Shown here one piece after another: positions 28,179-37,604 of a stretch of DNA of 64,000 nucleotides. The stretch is from assembly GCA_039683575.1 (NCBI GenBank), contig JBDKRC010000302.1, positions 1 to 64,000 of the forward strand, in the 5' to 3' direction. Numbering within the stretch: position 1 is the stretch's first letter; each line of letters opens with the position of its first letter. Below the pieces are notes generated by a model. It saw only the letters and a list, made by a program, of their open reading frames with translations, did no database searches and was not told the DNA's origin. The position numbers were made by a program, and so were the translations under genes. The stretch comes from Armatimonadia bacterium. Its GTDB lineage: Bacteria; Armatimonadota; Zipacnadia; Zipacnadales; UBA11051.

Positions 28179-29910
28179 CCGCCCCCTCGTCAAGTTGGGA
28201 ATGCACGATGTCGCGGTAGGTGGGACTTGCTTCGAGCAACTCGCGGTGGGTCCCCTCCGCCGAGATGACGCCGTCCTCCAGTACCAGTATCTTGTCGGCA
28301 TTGAGCACTGAGCCGATACGCTGGGCGACTATGAGACGAGTGCAGGCGGGGACCATTTCGTCCAGAGCCCGCATCAGGCAGGCCTCGGTAGCGGCGTCGA
28401 GGGCGCTGGCACAGTCATCGAGAAGCAGCACGGCCGGCTGGCACAACAGGCCGCGGGCCATCGCGAGGCGCTGCTTCTGGCCGCCGGAGAAGTTGACGCC
28501 GCGCTGGCCCAGGGCTGTGTCGTAGCCTTCGGGCAGGGCCGAGATGAAGTCGTGAGCCTGGGCTATCCGCGCGGCCTGCTCGACCTCCTCGTCAGTGGCC
28601 TCCGGGCGACCGTAGCGGATGTTGTCGCGGACGCTGCCGCTGAACAAGATGGTCTCCTGCAGCACGATCACCACGTCCCGCCGCAGGTCCTCCTGACGCA
28701 AGTCGCGTACGTCCAGGCCATCAACAAGCACACGGCCGCCGCTCACATCAAAGAAGCGCGGGACGAGTTGCACGAGAGTGGACTTACCCGAGCCGGTTGC
28801 GCCCACGAGGGCGACGGTCTGCCCCGGCTCGGCGACGAAGGAGACGCCCCGCAGCACCGGCTCCGCGCCAGCGGCATCGTAGCTGAAGTGAACGTCCTCA
28901 AACTCCACTCTGCCCCGCGTCAGCTCATGTGGCATTGCTTGCGGCAGGTTCTGGACCTCGGGCTCGGAGTGCAGCACCTCCAGGACGCGTTCGGCGGAGG
29001 CGTCAGCCTGGGCCACGCGCATTACGAGCATGCCGACCATCATGAGAGAGGAGAGCATCTGCAGAAGGTAGTTGATGAAGGCCAGCAGTTGCCCCACGTG
29101 TGCCCTCCCCGCCTGTACCTCCCACCCGCCAAACCAGATGACGCCGACCACGCCGAGGTTGATGAGCAGCATCATGACCGGCATGACGGTGGCCACGAGC
29201 GTCGAAGCGCGGACGGTGGCGTCCATGAAGTCATCGTTGCGGGCGCCAAAGCGACGGCTCTCGTGCGCCTCCCGTACGAAAGCCTTGATGACCCGCACCC
29301 CCGCGAGGTTCTCCTGCATGACAGTGTTGACGCGGTCGAGCCGCTCTTGAACCGCCAGAAACAGCACGTGCCCGCGACGGCTCACGACCACGAGCGTGAG
29401 GACGAGCAGCGGGCTGATGGCCAGGAGCAGAAGTGAGAGCTTGGGGTCGGTCAGGACTGCCATGATGAGGCTGCCGATGACGAGCAGCGGGGCGCGGACG
29501 AGGATGCGCATGAACATCTCTGCCGCTTGCTGTACCTGATCCACATCGTTGGTCAGCCGGGTGATGAGGCGGCCGGTCTCGAGGCGTTCGAGGTTGCCGA
29601 ACGACAGCGACTGAATCTTGCGGAAGACAGCGCCGCGGACATCGGCGCCGAAGCCAAGCCCGGCGATTGTGGCGAAGATGCCGCAGGCCACGCCGCCGAT
29701 GAGGCCAACTATGCCCGCGCCAACCATCAGCCAGCCGACGTGCATCACGAGCGGCAGGTCGCCTTTGGCGAGACCGGTATCAACGATGGTCTGGAGCAGG
29801 CGCGGCTGGGCCAGGTCCATGGCCACTTCGAGTGCCATGAACAAGGGCGCCAGCAGGGCGGGCAGCCAGTACGGCTTCATATGAGGGATCAGACGCCAGA
29901 GGAAACTCAC
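28165..29910 (-). CDS. ABC exporter, fused TMD-NBD, degenerate-site subunit of a TM287/288-like heterodimer
   Basis: GATGSGKST, FSGGQKQR, LDDCASALD (D instead of E) and AQR (Q instead of H). Confidence 0.95.
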   Translation of the reverse strand: MSFLWRLIPHMKPYWLPALLAPLFMALEVAMDLAQPRLLQTIVDTGLAKGDLPLVMHVGWLMVGAGIVGLIGGVACGIFATIAGLGFGADVRGAVFRKIQSLSFGNLERLETGRLITRLTNDVDQVQQAAEMFMRILVRAPLLVIGSLIMAVLTDPKLSLLLLAISPLLVLTLVVVSRRGHVLFLAVQERLDRVNTVMQENLAGVRVIKAFVREAHESRRFGARNDDFMDATVRASTLVATVMPVMMLLINLGVVGVIWFGGWEVQAGRAHVGQLLAFINYLLQMLSSLMMVGMLVMRVAQADASAERVLEVLHSEPEVQNLPQAMPHELTRGRVEFEDVHFSYDAAGAEPVLRGVSFVAEPGQTVALVGATGSGKSTLVQLVPRFFDVSGGRVLVDGLDVRDLRQEDLRRDVVIVLQETILFSGSVRDNIRYGRPEATDEEVEQAARIAQAHDFISALPEGYDTALGQRGVNFSGGQKQRLAMARGLLCQPAVLLLDDCASALDAATEACLMRALDEMVPACTRLIVAQRIGSVLNADKILVLEDGVISAEGTHRELLEASPTYRDIVHSQLDEGADAHV

Positions 29911-29960
29911 GGTACTTCGTCCAGACGCTTACTTGCAGAAGGTGTTGTCGGCCACGTAGC

Positions 29961-30794
29961 CTAGGCGGCGGCGATGGCCCCGGTCAGACGGTTCGCGAGG
30001 GTGGCTGCCTCGCGCAGGAAGGGGGCCTCATCCTCATAGCCTGAGCGTGTCATGGAGAGCTCCAGGTTGACCCACTTGCGGTAGCTCGACCCGGCGATCA
30101 GCCCGGCCAGCCGCCCCCAGTCCAGTGTGCCCATGAAGGGCAACTGGTGAAGGTCGCCGCTGCCATCGTTGTCATGCAGATGCACGGCGATCAGCCGTCC
30201 CGCGTGGGTTGCCAACTGGTCCAGCCCGTCACCGGAGATGTTACCATGCCCGGAATCATAGCACAGACCCACGAATTCCGGGGTGTATTCAGACAGGACC
30301 CTGGTGATCGGGAGCCAACTCTCGGGAGTGCCGCCGTTCTCGAGCGCGAGGCGGACGCCCGTCGCCCGGCTGCAGTGCGCGAGAGTGTCCAGCGACCGTC
30401 GCACGCGGTCCCAGTATGCGAGACGCGCGGGTTCGTCCGTGGGCTCCAGGGGGATGTGGAGCACCGCAACGTCGGACCCGAGGCGAGACGTCATCTCCAG
30501 GCGATTGGCCACAAGCTCCACCCCGGCCAGACGCTCGTACTCCTGGGCTGAGGCCCAGCCCTTCTCGCTCCCCGCTGAAGCATGGATATCGGTGACCCTG
30601 AGGCCAAGCTCTTGCAGCCACTGCAGGATCTGGTTGACCTCGGAGGTGGAGTACAGGAAGTCGGTGTTCCACTGGTGGCACCAGTGGATGTGGGTGAAGC
30701 CGGCCTCGGCGATGGCCTTCAGATGCGGGTAGGGGTTGCCGGTGCCTTGCTTGTAGTCAGTGGCGATGGAGATCATAGCTGTCTGATTGGTCAT
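29961..30794 (-). CDS. Sugar phosphate isomerase/epimerase family protein
   Basis: LALEN, CYDSGH, HLHDNDG..DLH and NLE motifs. Confidence 0.88.
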   Translation of the reverse strand: MTNQTAMISIATDYKQGTGNPYPHLKAIAEAGFTHIHWCHQWNTDFLYSTSEVNQILQWLQELGLRVTDIHASAGSEKGWASAQEYERLAGVELVANRLEMTSRLGSDVAVLHIPLEPTDEPARLAYWDRVRRSLDTLAHCSRATGVRLALENGGTPESWLPITRVLSEYTPEFVGLCYDSGHGNISGDGLDQLATHAGRLIAVHLHDNDGSGDLHQLPFMGTLDWGRLAGLIAGSSYRKWVNLELSMTRSGYEDEAPFLREAATLANRLTGAIAAA

Positions 30795-30839
30795 CGGCGG
30801 GTGGGATACCTGCGTGAGGCCCCGTTCCCAGGAATGCCC

Positions 30840-32126
30840 CTAGCCTGCCTGTGCCGCCTGCTCCGGGCTGGCGTCCTCCTCGGCTACCTGTGCGGAGTCG
30901 ATCTGGAACTGCTTCTCGCGGAAGGTGGCGAGGAAGCCGAGACCGGCGACTATGGTGATCACGATGGGGACCATGAAGATCGCTGCCCAGTTGTGGTGAT
31001 CAGGAGCGATGAGGAAATGGTCATGGACGCGGCCTGACACAAGGTGGCCGACGAGCATCCCCAGGCCGTTGGTGGCAAAGAGAATCAGCGATTGAGCACT
31101 GGCGCGGATGTCACGATGGGCGAGCCGCTCGACCGCGATCATGCCGCCCACGAAGAAGAGGCTGTAGCAGACGCCGTGGAGGGTCTGGGCGGCGATGACC
31201 AGCCAGACGGGATGGCCGATGGCGAAGATGGCATAGCGTACCGGCCACGCCAGGATGCCCAGGAAGATTGTGTTGCGCATGCCCAGATAGCGCAGGGAGG
31301 GCCAGAGCAGTAGCATCAGGGCTACCTCACCGACCTGCCCGAGGGACATGGCGAACTGAGCGGTGCTTTCGGCAAGACCCACGCCGCCGGCCTTTTCGGT
31401 GAGGAAGAGGAACGTGAGGTTGTAGTAGAACGGCAGCTCGATGGCGACGATGAACGAGATCACGGTCAGCACCGCGAAGTTGCGGTTGACCATGAGTTTG
31501 AAGGCCTCAAGGAAAGCGTACGGGTTCTTGGCCTCGCGGGTGGGCGGCGTGTTGGGAAGGGTGAGGCTGTACAGACCCATGGCGAGCGAGCAGATGCCCG
31601 CTATGAGAAGGGCGTCGCCGGTGTGGCTGACGCCGGGCTGGCCGAGCTCCCAATAGCGCAGGTAGAAGGTCAGGAACCACTGTACGGCAATCCAGCCGAG
31701 CGTGCCCCAGACGCGGATGTTGCCGAACTTCTCTGAGTTGCCCATGTGGTAGAAGGCGACGGTGTTGGTGAGCGCCAGGGTGGGCATGTAGAGCATGGCA
31801 TAGAAGAACATGGCGGTCCACAGCGGCCAGAATTCCGTCTGCTGCCACGCAACGTACAGGAGCGCCGCGCCTGCGATGTGTGAGAGAGCAGTGAACCACT
31901 GGGCTGGCATGAAGCGGTCGGCGATCCAGCCGGCAATGAGGGGCGAGAGGATGGAGCCGAAGGCGGTGGTGCCGAAGACGTATGAGATCTCCTTGCCCGA
32001 GAAGCCGAGATGGCCCATGTGGCCGCCGATGGTAACCGACCACGCTCCCCAGACGGCGAACTGGAGAAACATCATCCCGGAAAGGCGGGAGTACAGGGCA
32101 TAGCTGAATCGTGTAACGGGCTGCAT
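30840..32126 (-). CDS. MFS nucleoside:H+ symporter family (NupG/YegT-like)
   Basis: MMFLQFAVWGAW, IADR, YMPT, IRVWGTLGWI and GQVGE motifs; about 12 TM segments; GGAGG RBS. Confidence 0.9.
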   Translation of the reverse strand: MQPVTRFSYALYSRLSGMMFLQFAVWGAWSVTIGGHMGHLGFSGKEISYVFGTTAFGSILSPLIAGWIADRFMPAQWFTALSHIAGAALLYVAWQQTEFWPLWTAMFFYAMLYMPTLALTNTVAFYHMGNSEKFGNIRVWGTLGWIAVQWFLTFYLRYWELGQPGVSHTGDALLIAGICSLAMGLYSLTLPNTPPTREAKNPYAFLEAFKLMVNRNFAVLTVISFIVAIELPFYYNLTFLFLTEKAGGVGLAESTAQFAMSLGQVGEVALMLLLWPSLRYLGMRNTIFLGILAWPVRYAIFAIGHPVWLVIAAQTLHGVCYSLFFVGGMIAVERLAHRDIRASAQSLILFATNGLGMLVGHLVSGRVHDHFLIAPDHHNWAAIFMVPIVITIVAGLGFLATFREKQFQIDSAQVAEEDASPEQAAQAG

Positions 32127-32440
32127 CAGTGACCTCCGATCAACGTGACTGTGGCCAATGCAAAGGCAGGCGTGAGTGGCCTTCGAAGTGGCCGACCCCG
32201 TGCCTGGTGAAGACAGGCCGGGCAACCAATTCGCCGTCGCGCCTGCGATTGCCTACCCGTGGCAGAGAAGTGGATTTGGACCGCGATATAAGCGTCTTCA
32301 GGTACATCTTGGGTAGAACTTCCAAAACATCTTCTTCAGTCGCCTCGTCCACTACCAAGAGTGTACCGTATTGGGCAAAGGTGGTCGATCTACAGCAGCC
32401 TGCCCAGTATCAAAACTGGAGGAGACCTGGAGGAGAGGAA

Positions 32441-35400
32441 ATGTCTAAGGGAGTGCCATGTTTTTTGCTGATCGGGGTGGTCGTCGTTAGCATCGCTGTG
32501 TCGGCCTCGGCCGGCTCAGCCGCGCTGCAACTTGGTGGACGTGTCTGGAATGACACCAACGGGAATGGCGTTGTCGATCCCGGCGAACCTGGTCTGAACG
32601 GCGTTACGGTCAAGCTTTCGTGGACAGACGCCACTGGAACGTCCCGTTCCGCAACGACGTTGACTGCGAGCGGTTCATACGCTTTCTCTAACCTGCCAGC
32701 GGGAGCTTACAAGGTGAGTGTCGTCTCGGCTCCCGGCGCCACGGTGCAGACCTACGACGCGGATGGCCTGAGAACGCCCAACGCCATCACCGTCAACTTA
32801 ACCCAGAGCGTTCAGAATGTGAGCTTCGGTTACCGGTGCACCAATCCGGCGCAGATCGGTGACACGGTATGGAATGACCTCAACGCCGACGGCTTCCAGG
32901 ATCCGGGGGAACTCGGAATTCCCGGAATACCCGTGGCGCTCTACCTCGATGGCGTGTACCTGATGTCGCAGACGACGGACGACAACGGTCACTACCTGTT
33001 TACGGACCTGACCCCCGGTACCTATACCGTCACGACGGACATGTCCGGCCACCCGGAGTTAGTCCAGACTTTCGACTACGATGGCATAGATACGCCTAAT
33101 ACGGCAACCTATACCGTGGGTCCTGATGAAGTCTTCGCCGACGACACTGGCAACTCAACCGGCCTGGACTTCGGCTATCGCTGTCCCCCCGGTGACAGTG
33201 GGGTGATCGGGGACACGGTATGGCTGGACCAGAATGCCAACGGCATCCAGGACAACGGCGAGGCGGGGATACCCAACGCACGCGTCAAACTCTACCTCAA
33301 CTCAACCCTGATTGGCACCAAGGTGACCGATGCCGGTGGGCACTACCTGTTCACGCATCTGTTACCAGGGGCCTACAAGGCGTATGTGGTTCCCGCATAT
33401 CTCCCGCCGGGGCTGACCCAGACCTTCGACTATGACGGGTTGGCGACGCCAAACACGGCCAGGTACACCCTCGACCTGGGCGAGGTCTTCGCCGATGACG
33501 AGGGCAACTCCACTGGCCTGGACTTTGGCTACCGGTGTGAGGTCGTCAATACGGGCCAGATCGGTGACACCGTCTGGACCGACACCAATGCCAACGGCGT
33601 GCAGGACGTGGGCGAGACGCCACTGGCCGGTGTGCCTGTCATGCTCTACCTGGGCACGACCCTCATCGGCACGCAGACCACGGACGCCAATGGTCATTAC
33701 CTGTTCACTGACCTCGCGGCCGGTACGTACACGGTAAAGACCGACATGTCCGGCTTCCCCACCCTGGTCCAGACCTTCGACTATGACGGTCTCGCGACGC
33801 CCAATGCGGCCACATACACTCTCGCTGAGGGCGAGATCTTCGCCGATACCACCGGCAACTCCACGGGCCTGGACTTCGGCTATCGCGTCCCGCCCCGGAT
33901 TGGCAAGATCGGTGACACGGTGTGGACCGACACCAATGCCAACGGCGTGCAGGACGTGGGTGAGACGCCACTGGCCGGTGTGCCTGTCATGCTCTATCTG
34001 GGCACGACCCTCATCGGCACGCAGACCACGGACGCCAATGGTCATTACCTGTTCACGGGCCTCGCGGCCGGTACGTATACGGTAAAGACCGACATGTCCG
34101 GCTTCCCCACCCTGGTCCAGACCTTCGACTATGATGGTCTCGCAACGCCCAATGCGGCCACGTACACTCTCGCTGAGGGCGAGACCTTCGCCGATACCAC
34201 CGGCAACTCCACGGGCCTGGACTTCGGCTATCGCGTCCCGCCCCCGATTGGCAAGATCGGTGACACGGTGTGGTACGACACCAACAAGAACGGCGTCCAG
34301 AACGTCGGCGAGCTTGGGATCCCTGGCGTGCGCGTCAAGCTCTATCGGGGCACCACGCTGATCGGCACCAAGACCACGGGCGCCGCCGGTCACTATCTCT
34401 TCACGGGCCTGGCAGCAGGCAATTACAGGGCCTATGTTGTGGCCTCAACGCTGCCGGCGGGAGTGGTACAGACCTTCGACTATGATGGCCTGGCTACGCC
34501 CAACAGCGCGAAGTACACCCTGGCTGAGGGTCAGACCTTTGCCGATACGAAGGGCAACTCCATCGGCCTGGACTTCGGGTATGTCACGGTCGCGCCGAGT
34601 GTGACGCTGGAGAAGAAGGCTGACGTCACTGAAATCGACCCGAACAAGTCGGTGACATACACCTACACCGTGAAGAACACTGGTGGACTGACGCTCAACA
34701 ACGTGGTAGTCAAGGACGACAACGCCACGCCGAACGATACCAGTGATGACTTCGTCGTCGGCACCATACCCAGCCTGGCTCCCGGAGCCCAGGCGGTGTT
34801 GACCCAGACCAAGATCCCGCCGGTTCCTGTGTGTGACGTGATCGACGGCACAACGATCGGCGCCGGGTACCTGGCTGCTGAAGTTCTGGCCAACGGCGAC
34901 GTGAAGCTGACCTTCGTCGAGAGCCGGGCTATCAACGACAACACCTACGGGAACACTGCCTCTGGTTGGGGCTCAAAGGGCCATACGTTCAACAACCTCG
35001 TTGGCAGTGACAAGGCGCAGTTCCGCGTGACCGATGCCAGCGGCAACGTCGTGATGGAGTTCTACCTGGACTACATCACCGCCTCCAGTCTCTACCCTTC
35101 CGGCTACGGGACCCTGGGCGCCACTGGCGGCGACGGCAAGATGGTAATCGGTAGCGCCTCCAATCTCGTCAGTTACACCACCTCACTAACGCAAAACCTG
35201 AACCAGTCATCGGCCTACTACGGCTTCACCGTGAATTCGCCGGCTGAGCCCGATCCCAACTGGAACTACAACATCATGTACCAGGCGGTGATAAAGGGCT
35301 CTGTCTTCGGGACGGCGGGCTTCGGAGGCTTCACCATCCCGAGCGTGCACAACTCGCCGCCCAAGATCGGCGACAACCTGCTCGAGCCCAAGCCTTGCGA

Positions 35401-35998
35401 GGCCGACGTGACGAATACGGCCAGCCTGACGGCGACGGCCAGCGATGGCACGGTCCTCACGGCCACTGCCACGGCTAGCGTTCACATAAAGTGGTTCGAG
35501 TCGCCGGGGCCTTTCACAACGTACAAGCAGGACCAGTGGGGCGGTTCCACTGCCAATTCGCTGCTGGCGGGCAAGTTCGCGACGCTGTATCCATCGGGCT
35601 TGACCGTCGGAGGAACCTACACCATCGCTCTCACCTCCGCGGCGGCGGTAGACGCCTTCCTGCCGCAGGGCGGCGGACCGAACGTGCTGACCATGAATTA
35701 CACCAACCCGACGAAGACCTCGGCAGGCGAGTTGGCGGGACAGGTGGTCGCGCTCAAGCTGAACGTGGACTTCTCTGAGGCCGGGTTCACGAAGAAGGGC
35801 CTCGCGAGCCTGAAGCTTACCAAGGACCTCGCCGGCTGGACGGTCGCGCAGGTGCTTACGTTGGCACAGACCGTGCTGGGCGGCAACAAGGGGGCTCTGC
35901 CCTCTGGTGTGGACCTGAACAAGCTGAAGGACATCTGCAAGAAGACCAACGAGAACTACGAGAAGGGTACCAACGATCGAGGGTATCTCACCCCGTAG
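32441..35998 (+). CDS. Secreted SdrD-B-like (Cna-B) repeat surface protein
   Basis: GGAGGAGAGG RBS; signal peptide; six IGDxVWxDxNxNGxQD..G..TTDANGHYLF..DFGY repeats; TYTYTVKNTG module. Confidence 0.9.
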   Translation: MSKGVPCFLLIGVVVVSIAVSASAGSAALQLGGRVWNDTNGNGVVDPGEPGLNGVTVKLSWTDATGTSRSATTLTASGSYAFSNLPAGAYKVSVVSAPGATVQTYDADGLRTPNAITVNLTQSVQNVSFGYRCTNPAQIGDTVWNDLNADGFQDPGELGIPGIPVALYLDGVYLMSQTTDDNGHYLFTDLTPGTYTVTTDMSGHPELVQTFDYDGIDTPNTATYTVGPDEVFADDTGNSTGLDFGYRCPPGDSGVIGDTVWLDQNANGIQDNGEAGIPNARVKLYLNSTLIGTKVTDAGGHYLFTHLLPGAYKAYVVPAYLPPGLTQTFDYDGLATPNTARYTLDLGEVFADDEGNSTGLDFGYRCEVVNTGQIGDTVWTDTNANGVQDVGETPLAGVPVMLYLGTTLIGTQTTDANGHYLFTDLAAGTYTVKTDMSGFPTLVQTFDYDGLATPNAATYTLAEGEIFADTTGNSTGLDFGYRVPPRIGKIGDTVWTDTNANGVQDVGETPLAGVPVMLYLGTTLIGTQTTDANGHYLFTGLAAGTYTVKTDMSGFPTLVQTFDYDGLATPNAATYTLAEGETFADTTGNSTGLDFGYRVPPPIGKIGDTVWYDTNKNGVQNVGELGIPGVRVKLYRGTTLIGTKTTGAAGHYLFTGLAAGNYRAYVVASTLPAGVVQTFDYDGLATPNSAKYTLAEGQTFADTKGNSIGLDFGYVTVAPSVTLEKKADVTEIDPNKSVTYTYTVKNTGGLTLNNVVVKDDNATPNDTSDDFVVGTIPSLAPGAQAVLTQTKIPPVPVCDVIDGTTIGAGYLAAEVLANGDVKLTFVESRAINDNTYGNTASGWGSKGHTFNNLVGSDKAQFRVTDASGNVVMEFYLDYITASSLYPSGYGTLGATGGDGKMVIGSASNLVSYTTSLTQNLNQSSAYYGFTVNSPAEPDPNWNYNIMYQAVIKGSVFGTAGFGGFTIPSVHNSPPKIGDNLLEPKPCEADVTNTASLTATASDGTVLTATATASVHIKWFESPGPFTTYKQDQWGGSTANSLLAGKFATLYPSGLTVGGTYTIALTSAAAVDAFLPQGGGPNVLTMNYTNPTKTSAGELAGQVVALKLNVDFSEAGFTKKGLASLKLTKDLAGWTVAQVLTLAQTVLGGNKGALPSGVDLNKLKDICKKTNENYEKGTNDRGYLTP
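33559..34254 (+). repeat. Two near-identical 348-bp tandem repeats (116-aa units)
   Basis: GATCGGTGACAC at 33559, 33907 and 34255; differences between the two units are mostly synonymous. Confidence 0.92.
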
Positions 35999-36069
35999 GA
36001 CCCGCTGTGGTGGCTCCAGAGGCAGTGGCTGTCACATTGCTGGAAGGGTCACCCGTTGATCAACAAACG

Positions 36070-36099
36070 AGAGGGCCCGGTCTGTGGACCGGGCCCTCT
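36070..36099. terminator. Hairpin between convergent genes (probable terminator)
   Basis: AGAGGGCCCGGTC-TGTG-GACCGGGCCCTCT, perfect 13-bp stem. Confidence 0.75.
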
Positions 36100-36122
36100 T
36101 CATCCGTATGGCCAATGGGCGG

Positions 36123-37520
36123 CTATTCTGTGGGTGGCGGCGGCGGAGGCGGCATTGGAGGGCCACCAGGTCCTGGGGGAGCACCAGGGCCACCAGGCAT
36201 CGCCGTCTTACTGACCTGGTAGTAGAAGGGATACTGCAGGGGCTGGGCCATCGCCTTCACGTGGCCATCCACGAAGGAGTAATTGATCAGGTTGTCATGC
36301 CGCGGCGGCCAGGTGACCGAGGCCCCGGCTTGCTTACCCTTGTCGTAGGCATTGAGGTTCAGCAGCTTGGAGTCGAAGTGGCAGACCGTCCAGGCAGGCT
36401 CGTCGATGAGAGCCATGGTGACGCGGCTGAGCTTGTAGTTCATCGCGTAGCCGTAGCCTTCCTTGACGGCGGGGCAGCGGAAGACTTCCGTGTTCCTCAC
36501 GTATGGTTCGCTGACGGTACACCACTTGTCAGCGGGCGCGAAGCGCTCGTCGTAGTCCTGCGCGTACTGAAGCATGGCCAGCATCGCTTGCTTGAGGTTG
36601 CTTTGGCAGGCCGCGACTACCGGGCCGCCAGTGGGTCCGTCCGGTCCCTCGCCAACCTGTTCGAGGTCCAGGGGCTCGTTGGGTCCCAGCAGGCGCACGC
36701 CTCCGGACCACTGGGGTTGCCATCCTGTCTCGGTGCGCTCCAGCGGGACCGCGAGGTGCAGTTCGGCCTGGCCCTGAAGCTTGAGCACCGCTCTATCGTC
36801 CGCCACCTTGCGGCTGACGATCTCATGGCGGGCGGTCTCCGGCGTGATCAGGACGAGGCCAAGGTAGTCCGACCACACGCCCCCGCCTTGCATGCTCATC
36901 ATGGCGCGGAAGAAGTCCCCCCCGGACATGAGCTTGAGTTGGTCTCCGATAGCCTGGCGGGCTTGGAGGTTATCCGTACCTTGCAGGTCAACCGCCCAAC
37001 CGCCGCCGCGTTTGACGAGGGCGAGGTACTGCGGGACCTTGAGAGTCATGATTACGCGGCCGACGCCGCTGGTGCCAGCGGTCTTGACCTCGCCGACTTT
37101 GGCAGGTTGGCCCATGAGCAGCGACATCATCTGCTCTTCACCGGTCTGGAAGCTCTCCTTCTGCGCGGCAACGACGTATTGGGCGAAGTCCTCTTTGGTG
37201 GTCTCGCCGAGGGACTGCCGGTCAAGCATCTCCCAGGCAGCCGCGGCTTCGCGCTTGCGGAGACTCTCGACAAAGTCGTTGGCAACCTTGTCGAGAGCTG
37301 CGGCTTCGTCGGCGGTAGCGTCCCTACCGGCCACAGTCGGGTCCGGCGCGACCGGCGCGGCCTGGCGTGGAAGCTGAGCCAAGGCGCCGATGAGGGCCTG
37401 TCGAGCGGCGGCGGAGGGGCCCCAGGTGAAGCCCGCCTGATGGAGGCTGACCAGCATCAGCACGCAAAGACAAAGACACAACAGGACGGCGACGACGGTG
37501 CGGCCGGCGGTGCGCGACAT
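36123..37520 (-). CDS. Membrane-anchored protein with NTF2-like region and DUF1559/H-X9-DG domain, no prepilin motif
   Basis: N-terminal TM helix; CQSNLKQAMLAMLQYAQDYDE, FRCP, YAMN and RHDNLINYSFVDGH; Pro/Gly tail. Confidence 0.75.
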   Translation of the reverse strand: MSRTAGRTVVAVLLCLCLCVLMLVSLHQAGFTWGPSAAARQALIGALAQLPRQAAPVAPDPTVAGRDATADEAAALDKVANDFVESLRKREAAAAWEMLDRQSLGETTKEDFAQYVVAAQKESFQTGEEQMMSLLMGQPAKVGEVKTAGTSGVGRVIMTLKVPQYLALVKRGGGWAVDLQGTDNLQARQAIGDQLKLMSGGDFFRAMMSMQGGGVWSDYLGLVLITPETARHEIVSRKVADDRAVLKLQGQAELHLAVPLERTETGWQPQWSGGVRLLGPNEPLDLEQVGEGPDGPTGGPVVAACQSNLKQAMLAMLQYAQDYDERFAPADKWCTVSEPYVRNTEVFRCPAVKEGYGYAMNYKLSRVTMALIDEPAWTVCHFDSKLLNLNAYDKGKQAGASVTWPPRHDNLINYSFVDGHVKAMAQPLQYPFYYQVSKTAMPGGPGAPPGPGGPPMPPPPPPPTE

Positions 37521-37604
37521 AGTGCTTTCCCCTTGTGCGGCAGCGGTTGTAAGGCTCTTCAAGGCTGGTGATCTCCCACCGGGAGACCGGGCAGGTTAGC
37601 CGCC

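Noticed and set aside
32370-32440. c-di-GMP riboswitch upstream of the SdrD-like gene (GGGCAAA..TGCCC)
   Set aside because: Lacks the GAAA tetraloop/receptor and second stem; only a short possible hairpin.
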